Shown here: piece after piece, positions 52,615 to 64,000 of the stretch
How positions within the stretch are numbered: the stretch's first letter is position 1
Layout: each line of letters begins with the position of its first letter
Source of the DNA: the human T2T-CHM13v2.0 reference genome, Homo sapiens
DNA length: 64,000 nt
Assembly (NCBI RefSeq): GCF_009914755.1
Contig: NC_060934.1
Reading direction: 5' to 3' (one strand)
The notes under the pieces: model-generated
What the model was told of the DNA's origin: nothing
Database searches by the model: none
Seen by the model: only the letters and a program-made list of their open reading frames with translations
Made by a program: the position numbers and the translations under genes

Positions 52615-52850
52615 CATACGTGTGGTGGTAAAGCACAAACTTGCAAGCAGACTGCCTGGTGCCTATCTGGCTCTCTATGCCAACTGTGTGACTCTAGACT
52701 AGTAGCCTAATCCCTCTGGGCCTCATTTTTCATCATATACAAAGTGGAGACAATGGCAACTGCCCCATTAGGTTGTAAAGAGCATTAAACAAGTTAACAT
52801 ATATCAACTTTTAAAAAGTGTCTGGCATGTAACAAGACATCAATAAAGAG
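52615..52850 (+). mobile_element. MIR SINE
   Basis: gtggtggtaaagcaca...ctctgggcctcatttttcatc...gtgtctggcatgtaacaagacatcaataaa. Confidence 0.75.
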
Positions 52851-55729
52851 TAACGACTCTTACTATACCTTGTCATTATCCTCATCATCAGAGCTTTACC
52901 AGGCAAAGCCAACCTTGAAGTCCACGTAGTTGCCTTGCTTTGGGGAAAAAGAATTATCAAAATTATGATCCTGGAAGAAAAATTAAATAACTCAATTAAA
53001 GCACTGTGAAAATAGAACTTGAAAAAAATGTAGACCTGCCCTTGACGGTGCTCAGGAAAAGAAATAGAAGAGCCCATCACTGCTTCTTAGGTGGGCTGCC
53101 CAGCATGGTTCTTGGGGTGACCAAGGAGTGACAAGCCACAGGGCTACAGAACAGGTACAAGCCTGAGTGGGGCCTGCTCCTCTTACCCTCTCCTTTTCAC
53201 CTCAGAATCCTCCTTCTTGCCTAAGGCCAGAGAGTCCAGTGGGTGATGAGGAGAGAGCCTGGGCTGAACCACATGGGCCACATTGCTGTGCCCCCAGACA
53301 TCATTAGCCATTCCATAAAGACATCATTAGTCATAGCAGATAGGCCAAACCCACCACTACTGTTGGAAACCAACTCCACAGACATATTTTCAAGAGTCTT
53401 CAGCAATGTCATTCTCATACCTAAGAAACAGTGACTCCTCTCTAGGTCAAGCCAGTGGCCTGCTCCCGGGCACTCACTGTGGATCCCTCCTCTGGGCCCA
53501 GCCCCTGCCTAGGAGGCCCTTTCTTCTCCATTCCACCTTCAAAGGCCTTTTCCATTCCCTACAGCTCAGGTCCAGTCACTGGTGTTTCTCCCACTCTCTG
53601 GCTTCTCTGAAATGCCCAGCAAGCACCTGGCCAGCACAGTTCTGGAACTCTTCACACCTGTGACCTGCATCTCCTTGTAGAGCACGAGTTGTTCCGGCCC
53701 AATGCCTATCAGTTATTTTTCCAACACTGGGCTGCAAATGTGGCAGGCCCTTAAAAAAATATGTGTAGACTAAAAGATAAGATTCAGTGGGTAATGAAAT
53801 AACCCAGTGATGCCCAAAGAAGGTTTGGGGCTAAAATCAAGTTCATGTAATGCTGAGCGTTCAGAAAATCGTTTTTCGTGTTTCTAGTGGAAATAGCTTA
53901 TGGAATGCTTTTATCACTTAAATTTTGTTGGGTTTATTTTTTTCACAGAGTATTTTACCTCTGTTCGCCATGTGTGAAGGAATAACTGTAACTCTGTGGT
54001 CTATGGGAGAGCTAGCTCCAAGCTAAAGTCCAAAATGATGAAGTCAAGCACAAGAAGATATTTTGAGCTCTAACGAGTTTTGGGGGGGAAAGCTCACATA
54101 ATTCACCAGTGTTCCACATGGCTGTTTTTTCCTACTCAGAGCCCTTCTTACTTAGATGAAAAATACAGATAATACACTGACACATGCCCCAGCTGACTAG
54201 ATTCAAAGATGTTATCCTGTTCCATAATGGGAAAAAAAAATCAAGTAAACATAGAGAGTGTAATAGATTACCCAGTTTTAACCATTGTTTTTTAAAGTTT
54301 CTTTTTTGGAGGTGGGCAGGATTCTACATAAGATTTTATATTCATTAAAAAGTGATCTGAAAATACTGTGATCAAATTTTTTAAAAAGAGAATATTGGTT
54401 TAATGATCTCTTTCAAGTTTAGTTATTCAGCTGCAACTTGACTTCCAAGTGCACTTAACTCATTATCACTCTTGTAGGGTAACACTTCTTTATAAATGCT
54501 CAAAACACTCAGATCCTGAAAAGGGTGGCTTAATGAGGGTGGAGTGTGGTAACTGTAGTCAAATCCGTCTATTTAGTATAAGCGATTTACATTTTGATAA
54601 TCAATGGAATTAAGTGATCTTGAAAGAATAACAATTTTGCTTAGTTGTCTCTATAATTCCAGATACGGACTTCATTCTTACCATTGCTCCCTTGTATAGA
54701 GTTTTAGATATTTTGATGTATAGCTATTAGACGTTGTTAAAGATAAACAAATGAAACGCTTGTTGTTCCCACTTCACGTTGTAATTATTCCTCCTGCCTT
54801 ATGAATAAGTGCAAAGAGAATATCAAAAGTCAGAGGAGATTCTACTGCTCACAAACACTACCAACTTCCTGTTAACACGAGTCAGAAAGTTGGATTGAGT
54901 GACTCTTCTGATGCAAAGCTGATTATTTATTTGAAAAAGGTAACATTCTTGTTTTCTGCAATTAACTATTTTATTGAAGAGCAACAGGCATGGAAGAATC
55001 ACACACCTATGGTGATTTTTTTCAAAGAAAACAATTAGTACCCATATCAAAAAAGCTAATTCACATTAATTAAAGAACACCCACATCAGTTAAATATAAT
55101 AACCTCCCCTTTCACTTAACTTGCTGTATACAATGTGTTGCTTAAAAGTACTGGGCTTCAAGATAATAAAGAATGACAGTTGAAGGGTCTGGAACTTAGA
55201 GAAAAACTTTAGGGTCTGTAACCATTTTAATTGCACATAATTATGGATAAGGAAGTGGAACAATTTAATTTCTGGGCCTTCATGCTATTAGAAGGCTAAC
55301 AGAACAGTATCAAAATTAGTTATTCAAGTAAAATTGCAAGAAGCTGTTTTTCATTTCAAAGTATAAATGGAAACTAAGTGGAATGATGACTAACTTTTGT
55401 TCCATCTTTTCACTTATATGACACAATGGTGATTCAAGATCTGGTGGAAATTATTTATGGAGATTTGGAACAAGTAAAGTAAAATACATTTTTAAATATT
55501 CGTTTTATTTTTTTATTTTAGAAAATATAGAAAATTATGATGAAGAAAATAAAAATCCATCCTAATGTGTGCAGAATGTCTCTAGAAGGGAACACAAGAA
55601 ACTTGTAATGGTTGCATGAGGGGAAGGATCTGGTTGTGTGGAGGGTAGGCATTGGAAGGAGTCTTAGCTTTGACTAAATACTTTTTATTATGTTAGACTT
55701 TTTTTTAATTAAATTAAATTAAGTCTTTA

Positions 55730-56690
55730 GGAAATTACCCATAATCTCACCAATCAAAGATTAGACTGTTAACATTGAGGTATACTTCCAACACTTTCCT
55801 ATGGACTAACATTCTATTTCTCTCTTATAAAATTGGGCTCACTATATATTTTATAGCCTATTACATGCTGAGCTTTCCCTGTGTTATTAAACATTCTTCT
55901 TAAGCTTGATTATTAACAGGCTAATAGTGTTCATTTGTGGATGAATCAATTATTTAATTAAATCCTCTCTTGTTGGGCATTTAGATTATCTTTCATTTTC
56001 CAATGATGTAAATAGCTCTGCAGTGAACATCCTTGTTCTTCACCCTTTCTACGCTCTCCTGAGTATAGTTGACCCTTGAACGATGCAGGAGTTAGGGGTG
56101 CTGACCCCTGCACAGTTGAAAATCTATGTATAACTTTCGACTCCCCCAAAACTTAACTACCAATAGCCTACTGTTGACCGGAAGATTTACCAATAACGTA
56201 AACAGTCAATAAATACATATTTTATATGTTACATATATAAATACATGCATACATATACTGTATTCTTACAATAAAGTAAGCTAGAGAAAAACAAAATGTT
56301 ATTAAGAAAATTATAAGGAAGAGAAAATATATTTTTACTATGTATTAAGTGGAAGTGGATCATTATCAAGGTCATCACCCTCATTTTCCTCATGTTGAGT
56401 TGCCTGAGGAGGAGGAAAGGGAGGGGTTGGTCTTACTGTCTCAGGAGTGGCAGGGGCAAAAGAAAATCCACATATAAATAGACCCACACGGTTCAAACCC
56501 ATGTTGTTCAAGGATCAACTGCATTTTCATAAGAAACATTTTATAGAAGTTGAATTACCAAGTCCAACAGATAAACATTCTAGAGCTTTTGATACGTATT
56601 GCCAAAATGCCCTCTAGGAAGAGATTATCAGTTTCTACTCTTATAGCAATATATAGGAATGCCCTTTTCAGGGCACCCTTCCCACACCGG
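55730..56690 (-). mobile_element. Ancient L1ME 3' relic, split by Tigger2a
   Basis: ttgttgggcatttagattat...gcagtgaacatccttgt then tattgccaaaatgccctc after the Tigger. Confidence 0.65.
56066..56521. mobile_element. Tigger2a (MER28)-like DNA transposon
   Basis: TIRs tagttgacccttgaac / gttcaaggatcaactg; TA on left flank; gactcccccaaaacttaactac, gtaagctagagaaaa. Confidence 0.88.
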
Positions 56691-57259
56691 GGAGAGACAT
56701 TAGGGGAAGGCATGTGTGCAAATTGGGTCTAATGAAATTTTCAAATAAAAATAGAGATTTCTGCAAATATTTTATTCCAAATTTTGGGTGTTGTAGAGAT
56801 GCTGCCATAGTTAATTCTACAAAATACATTTCTCCCTTTAGGGCTTCCAGTGAAGTGGAGTGGTTTCTAAACTTCCCTAACAGAAGGCCAGGACTTCTCA
56901 AATGCCAAGAATTGGTTCTGTGCCTTGAAAGCTGACAATATTTTGTAAACCACAAAGTGTTGCAAAGCAGGAAGTCTTGTCAATTCATCACCCAAATCTC
57001 TTTGACACAGATTTGGGGGATGAGTTTATGATTTTATGAGAGAGCTTATGATTGAGGGTTGTACGCAACCTCCAGTGATTCAACTTCCCCAGGGTCATCC
57101 TGTTCAATATGAGGTCTCACCTCCCTGAACTGGTGTCACTAGCTCCAACCTCCCGTTTTGGGAGGTGCAACAAACCAGCATAGGACATTGGATGTAGTCC
57201 CCTTCAGACATTTACCAGAAATAATCCTAACCTGCTTTTAGCTTAGAACTAAAACATAT

Positions 57260-57560
57260 GCCTTTATGACAACACAGGCACTTATACAGAATTTAGAAAT
57301 TATAGACAAGCACAAAGAAAATAGATATCGCCTTTAATTCCACCACACAGAGATAATCTCTGTTAATATTTCAGTATGTTGTTGGTAATCAATATCCCAT
57401 CTTTTGTGCATATGCAGATTCTTATTTTGTAAACATGAGACACTATTATGCTTTCTGTGTTGTAACCTCCTTTTTCACTTAATATATCATGAACTATTTT
57501 CCAGGTTATTAAATATGTGACAAAAATGTCTTTGATTCCTTTATAATATTCTGTCACATA
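57260..57560 (-). mobile_element. L1ME 3' end fragment
   Basis: ccaccacacagagataatctctgttaatatttc...gtaacctccttttcacttaatatatcatgaac. Confidence 0.65.
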
Positions 57561-57785
57561 CTATAAAGTTCCTCTGTGATTTTGCAATAAATTAACTTGT
57601 TTTGTCACTATACAGACGTAGCTTTTTTAAAAAAAAATCAACTCCTAATATTTATTTTTAAATTTGTTTGTGAAGGTAGAAACTCTCCTACCCATCAGTA
57701 TAACATATAGCAAATGCCCCAGGCATGTGCAATGGCTCATGAGCTAAACCCAGAGTCCTTTGAAAAGACTAGATAAGAGTAAGAC

Positions 57786-58022
57786 TCCTGTAATCCCAGC
57801 ACTTTGGGAGGCCGAGGCGGGCGGATCACGAGGTCAGGAGATCGAGACCATCCTGGCTAACACAGTGAAACTCCGTTTCTACTAAAAATACAAAAAAAAA
57901 AATTAGCCGGGCGTGGTGGTGGATGCCTGTAGTCCCAGCTACTCGGGAGGCTGAGGCAGGAGAATGGCGTGAATCCCAGGAGGCAGAGCTTGCAGTGAGC
58001 GTGACTCCGTCTCAAAAAAAAA
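57786..58022 (+). mobile_element. AluY, 5'-truncated with right-arm internal deletion
   Basis: gatcacgaggtcaggagatcgagaccatcctggctaacac; gtgagc|gtgactcc deletion; TSD aagagt(a/g)agac. Confidence 0.93.
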
Positions 58023-58954
58023 AAGAGTGAGACAAAAAAATTTCAATCAATTGCAGAAGAGAAAACTCTAAAATGCGTGCAAAAATTAAAACTAGAATAA
58101 TTTTTCACTTAAATTACTTCACAAACCCTTTCAAATTCATGCTCCAGTTTAAAGAAATTAACTCTGGAAATGATAGGTAATGCTTTAAGTGTTTGTTGAA
58201 TGCAAGAAAAATATAGAATCTAATCAACAAGCCCACACTCACAGAAAAGGCCTTGGCCTTATATCAAAATATTGGTAAATTAAGCACAAATCTGTGTTTT
58301 AAATTAAAATAAGATCTTTTGGGTGTAGTCCTCATGTGTCCTATTTTAGAATTCCCTGCTTTAACCAATTTTTTCAATTAACTGACTGATAACTATTTTT
58401 CACTGCATTGGATAAGAGGATTTACAATCAATGCATAACCTTGTGGAAAAAAAATCTTTATGAACAGAATGGATGATGTCATTAATTTGTTGCCGAAACA
58501 ATGGAAAGCCATGTTGGCTCAAATGCATCATGAAAACAAATTGAAAGTTAATAGTTTAACTCATTCACGGGATATATAGTCATTTTCTACTGACCTTTCT
58601 ATATATGGTATAAATGGTCATGTTCCTCCTTATTCAAAATCCTTTTCCTCGGAAAGCTCTGTTTTACAGGCATGTTGCATTATCTATAGATAGTTAGGAG
58701 AGCTATTTCTCATTTTTGGAGACATATCTTCTGTGTCATTACCCCAGGACATCATCCCTCTGTGCAGATAGTGGCTGAACTGAAAGACATTTAACATAAG
58801 CACGACTAAGGAAATGTCAGTCCCACAAGTGAGGATGGTATACTTTCTCATGTTATAATCAAACCATCATGAAAATAAAAGGTAAGAGTACTTCCCATCT
58901 GCCATTCTCTCTAAATGATATGGCAGCCCCAGCTCATTAAAGATGCCATGTTTT

Positions 58955-59249
<295 letters not shown>

Positions 59250-59599
59250 TTACATGGAACTTGCTACATATAGATGGAACCAACGATTTGGAATATTACC
59301 AAGTGATTCTATGATTTTCATTATTATAGTTTTTCATACCATAACAACAGAGTGTGCATCCTTGGAAGTTGTTTAATAATATTGGTTATTGTTCCATCTT
59401 GAGCCTTAAACACAAATCACTGTTACCAATTGTTAATATTATTAGAATAAAAATTTTCCTATTATTATCAAGTTTGCTTTTTCTCTTTGGATTCTGTTTT
59501 TCTTGGTGGGTCATTTAATTATTTCCTATCTCCACCGTCAAACATCTGTTCTGATTCCCATTCCACCAACATCTCCTTTCGTTCTTCTTCTTTCAGCTT

Positions 59600-60080
59600 C
59601 AATTAGAAGTTTGCTAATGCTAGGATCTCTGCTCAGATCTTGGACCTTTGCAATTAATTTTAATCAGGCTTGTTAACACTTTTTTAATATGTAAGAAATA
59701 AGCAAATATGTAACTAAAAAGCCATTTATGTCTTTTATGAAGGTAACAAATATGCAATTAAAAACTCCTTCTCTCTGTGACTTTGCAATAAATTAACTTG
59801 TTTTGTCAGTATTGTGCCTGTATAATGTCATTTACTCTGGAGTTTTGACAGTCGGATTTTTTTTATCCTTGGCAAAATTAGCAAGTAATATTAAGATCTA
59901 AGAAATGACAATTAGTTTGTGAATTAGGTGGTATATACAATGTGTTAATTATTGAGGGACCAGGCTGCATGCAATTAAAATTTAGCATCCAGATAATGAT
60001 AATGTAGTAGGCTTCTGAGTATCTAATGAAATTGAAAATGTTCATTACCAATAAATTAATTCTCAGTTGCTTAACCAGTC
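59600..60080. promoter_or_regulatory. Candidate homeobox-rich non-coding element
   Basis: Dense CAATTA/TAATTA, CAATAAA, CCATTTATG, TGACA sites; no repeat recognised. Confidence 0.35.
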
Positions 60081-60459
60081 TACACAGATGTCTGTGTCTA
60101 TACAGAAGAATAGTTCATAATAATCACTATTGTTCACAAGTAGGATAATAACGTGAAATCTTGAAATTCTATCAGGACTATGATTTCATTGTTAGAGTTC
60201 CTTGCACACTGACAGGGAACCTTCCCAAAGACTCAGGAATATGATAGCTATAAAGATCTTTGCTTCTCTTAAAAAATTCTTTCAAGTCATCTGAAGATCA
60301 AATAATAAGATGAAAAGAATAAAGGACATTGAGAGGAAAGATGGGTTGGGATATCCTACATTTGCTCTAATGAACCCTTAATATTTTAATGGTGATTTGG
60401 AAAATGTTGTCTTAACTTTACCTAAATGTATTCTTCGTAATTTGGAAACTCAGTTCCAT

Positions 60460-61250
60460 GTGAATTTCCTACTGTAATAGGTGCCCTTACTGTTCTAGGT
60501 GCTAGAGAATCAGTAACAAGTTGCAACTCAAGAAGACCCAGTCTTGTAGGGGGTCAAACACAAAACCAAACCTTTATATTACAGCATGATAACTGCTATG
60601 GTATAGAAAAAAAGGGTGACTTACATCCTACAAAGTCCTTTCCACTGATGAACACAGGGTGGATTGTAGGAGGCAAGAGTGGGAATGGGGAGACCAGCCT
60701 GGGCATGCCATGGTCCCTGTGAACAATGATGCTGGTCTACCTGGTGGTGGTAATGCTGGAGAGAGGAAAAGTGTAGGATTGTAAATAGGTTTGGAGATAA
60801 AATTGTTGCCAGGATTTGGCTTGAGGAAATCGAAAGTGTATTGTTGCCTGATTTGGGGAAGGCTTGAGGAATAAGTGGTTTGCAGGGAAACTTCTCGAGT
60901 CCTATTTGGGGCTTGTTAAGATTACAACATCCAAAGGACATGTGTGTGTACATCTGTGAAGGCACTGGAATTCAGAGGTGAGGTTTCGTTGAGATAGAAT
61001 TTGGGCAATCATCAGCATATAGATGGTTCTAAGGCCCTGGAGTGGATGAGCATACTTAGGGAGAAAGTGTAGGGAGAAAAGAGAAATCCCAATAACTTCA
61101 ACATTCAGGGGACAAAGTGAAAGAAGAGAAGTTGGCAGAGGAGACTAAGAAAGGGCAACCAAAGAAGGTCCCAAGACAACCAGGAAAGCATAGCATCATG
61201 GAAACCAAAAGAGGAGAGGTTTACAAAGGAAAGGTAATCCCATGCCTGTG
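60460..61250 (-). mobile_element. L2 (L2a-like) LINE fragment
   Basis: ttctaggtgctagagaa...tggaattcagaggtgagg...catcagcatatagatggt...ggagactaagaaag. Confidence 0.75.
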
Positions 61251-61341
61251 CTAAGGTTATTCATTGAGACATTGTTTTAACAGTAACAGATCGGAACACC
61301 CTAAAGGCCCATAATGAGAGACCGAAAAAAATAACTTAAGG

Positions 61342-61892
61342 CAGTGGTCCAAACATTTTTGGCACCAGGGACCGGTTTCATGGGAGACAATTTTTCCATG
61401 GACCGGGTTGGGAGGATGGTTTTGGGATAACTCAAGCACATTACATTTATTGTGTGCTTTATTTATATTATTATTACATACTCACCATGATGTAGAATCA
61501 GTGGGAGCCCTGGGCTTATTTTCCTGCAACTAGATGGTCCCATCTGGGGGTGATGGGAGACAGTGAAAGATCATCAGGCGTTAGATTGTCATAAGGAATG
61601 TGCAACCTAGATCCCGATCCTTTGCATGTACCATTCACAACAGGGTTCATGTTCCTATGAGAATCTAATGCTGCCACTGATCTGACAGGAGGTAGAGCTC
61701 ATGTGATAATATGAGCAATGGGAAGCAGCTATAAATACACATGAAGCTTCACTCAATCACCTGTTGGTCGCCTACTGCTGTGTGGCCTGGCTCTTTACGG
61801 GCCACAAACAGGTACCTTCATATGGATGGTCCTTAAGTCAAAGGTCGCCAAGCCCCGGTACCCATCTGTGGCCTGGGGGTTAGGAACCTCTG
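61342..61892 (+). mobile_element. MER1A hAT-Charlie element
   Basis: catttttggcaccagggaccggtttcatgg...gagaatctaatgctgccactgatctgacaggagg; perfect 8-bp TSD ACTTAAGG. Confidence 0.92.
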
Positions 61893-62713
61893 ACTTAAGG
61901 CCCACCCATACAAAAGAATACGCTGAAGTTGTAGAAAAGGAAAGGGTGGAATAATTTTCAAAATAGTACTGTTACAAAATTCACTCTTACATGAAGAAAA
62001 AGGAAGTTCTTTAGTATGTTATTTGTGCAAAAAAAGAGAAGTATATATAGAATTGCTGGTATAAGTATTGAATATTTCCAAAGACACAAACTAAGATGTT
62101 TGCCTGTAGGGAAGGCAACTGAATGGCTCAGGAACAGAGGTAGAAGGCATAAGAGTGCTTTTTATCTTAGTGGCGCAATCTTTAGGACTTTAAAATTTAT
62201 ATTTTATGATGTATACCTTGACTAATCAACATCAAGAAATAATATTGTATTCTGAGTATGATGGGGAGACTTTTGGAAGATCCCAGTTGGGAGGAACTTT
62301 GTCCTTGAGCAGAACAATAGAAATAATATTTCTTGAGGTTTAGGATATTGTTTTTGATATGTAGATGTTTATGATATGTAGAAATAATATATCTTGATGT
62401 TTATAGTATTGTTTTTCATTGTCTTTCATTTCCAAGAGTTACAATATTTACATTGCTCTAAAATCACATTTACCATGGTCATTTGACTAATTCTGTGTTT
62501 TAATTGGTTCCTATGCTCACTACTGGTCCTTTTTAAATTTTCACCCCTCATTTCCTAATTTATAAAATCTTTGCTTTATTTACCTCTCATCTGTCTGCTG
62601 TATATATTCAGGTAATTTTATCACAAAGCGTACATATATGCCTATTTTCTGGGTCCTCAAATATGTGAAAATTTCTTTCTGTTGCTTTCATACAAAAATA
62701 ACACTTTGGTAGG

Positions 62714-63161
62714 CATCTTAGTTTAGGTTCTGCCCAAAATGGAGCCTGAGACAAGGACTTGAGTGCAGGCAGTTTATGTTGGAGCTGCTCCTGGGAAACA
62801 GCAGTGAGGGAACAGAGATAGGGAAGATGGAAAAATCAATAATGAGTGTATAATTGAGCTGATTAACACTGTGGGCAACTGGAGATCATTGCTCCTGGGG
62901 ACCTCTGAGGACCCTGTAGAAAGTGCCTCAAAATTGTTCCACAAAAGGTGGGAGCCCAGGGCATTCATCTACCAACTCTTCCCTCCAATTGGTCAAGAAT
63001 TGAACAAGGAACATTATTAGCTCCCTTTGACTTCTTGCTTCTACAGCTTTGGAGGCTTGAAGTGAGAAGCTGACAGCATATCTGGAAACTGCTACCATGG
63101 GCAGTTAAAATGACAAGTGGTCTAAGAGATGTGGTGTAGGACACAAAAAGCATCTGCTACA
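62714..63161 (-). mobile_element. LTR33-like (ERVL) LTR
   Basis: gagcctgagacaaggacttgagtgcaggcagtttat...cactgtgggcaactgga...catctgctaca. Confidence 0.7.
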
Positions 63162-63169
63162 GCTGACCA

Positions 63170-64000
63170 TAACATTCTTGCACTGTACCCCTTTTTACTC
63201 TCAAACCACCTTCATGAATGTTGTTCCACATCTTATGGAATCTAACATTGCAGAAAAGTCTAGAGCTAGCCATATATCCCTTTCTATTCTTGGTAACCAG
63301 GATGCTTTTAAGATTCAAGACATAGTTATTTCTCCAGGTCTTGGCAATTTTTCACTAATTTTACCTATACATGGTGCACCTTTCAATCCATGAATTCAGA
63401 TCTTTCTTTGGTTCAGGAAAGTTTTCTTCTATCATATCTTTGAATATTTTTCTCTTCTTCAGTAAATCCACTTAGATACCTATATCTATGGAATCTCACC
63501 ACTGCATCAATTACTATCTCTCTAACCAATTTCCCCACTTTGACCTTTTCCTCTGCATCTGGAAGATTTTTCTCAAACCTGTTTCCCACATCTTATAAAA
63601 AGTTTCAACAGTGTCTACTCTGCTACTAAATGATTATATTATTTTAATTTCTATATTGGCATTATCTGTTTCCATAAATTTTTTTCTTACCTACACCAAC
63701 ATCTCTTTTATTTAGGTCTAATAATATCATTATCATCTCTTATTTCATGTAAATACTTTTCTTTTCATATTTTTCTTAGGATTTGGAATACATTATTTCC
63801 TCAAACATATGTTCTCCATTATTTGGCTTCCAAATAGATCATCATTTATGGCATGGAAGCTTTTCATGATTCCCTTGTGTTCGTTTCCTATTTTGAGAGC
63901 AGATCTCCCCTGGAGTTCATCTCAAATAAGTAGGGATGGGAACAAAATATATTCCTTGGATATCTTCCTTGGTTCCCCGAGCACTGTTAGAATTGTCTTT
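63170..64000 (-). mobile_element. Ancient L1M/HAL1-like relic
   Basis: ttcaggaaagttttcttctatcatatctttgaatattt; T-rich degenerate L1-like text. Confidence 0.5.

Overview
Primate (human-like) non-coding genomic DNA: a gene desert or very large intron. No protein-coding exon can be supported; the supplied ORFs are chance ORFs or lie in repeats. Much of the window is interspersed repeat, recognised by eye from remembered consensus sequences (subfamily calls approximate): many MIR, L2 and old L1M relics, an L1PA 3' end, 8 Alu or Alu monomers, MaLR LTRs (MLT1, MSTA, solo THE1s, one full-length THE1 provirus), an LTR1-family ERV1 solo LTR, LTR16/LTR33, and DNA transposons (MER5A, MER3, MER1A, MER94, Tigger2a, MADE2). 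Between them are several repeat-free blocks dense in homeobox/PBX-HOX/SOX/TCF/FOX motifs that look like conserved developmental enhancers (inference). The most unusual structure is at 48.5-49.5 kb: an AluJ whose tail has expanded to about 750 bp of purine microsatellite containing three tandem copies of the 5' 31-33 nt of U2 snRNA, all inside the Alu's target-site duplication (TSD). Other oddities: an inverted copy of a MER1A junction inside that MER1A, a 40-bp unique sequence duplicated 2.2 kb apart, a G4-motif insertion in a FLAM, a perfect 37-bp tandem duplication, and an ~800-bp AT-rich expansion inside a MIR.
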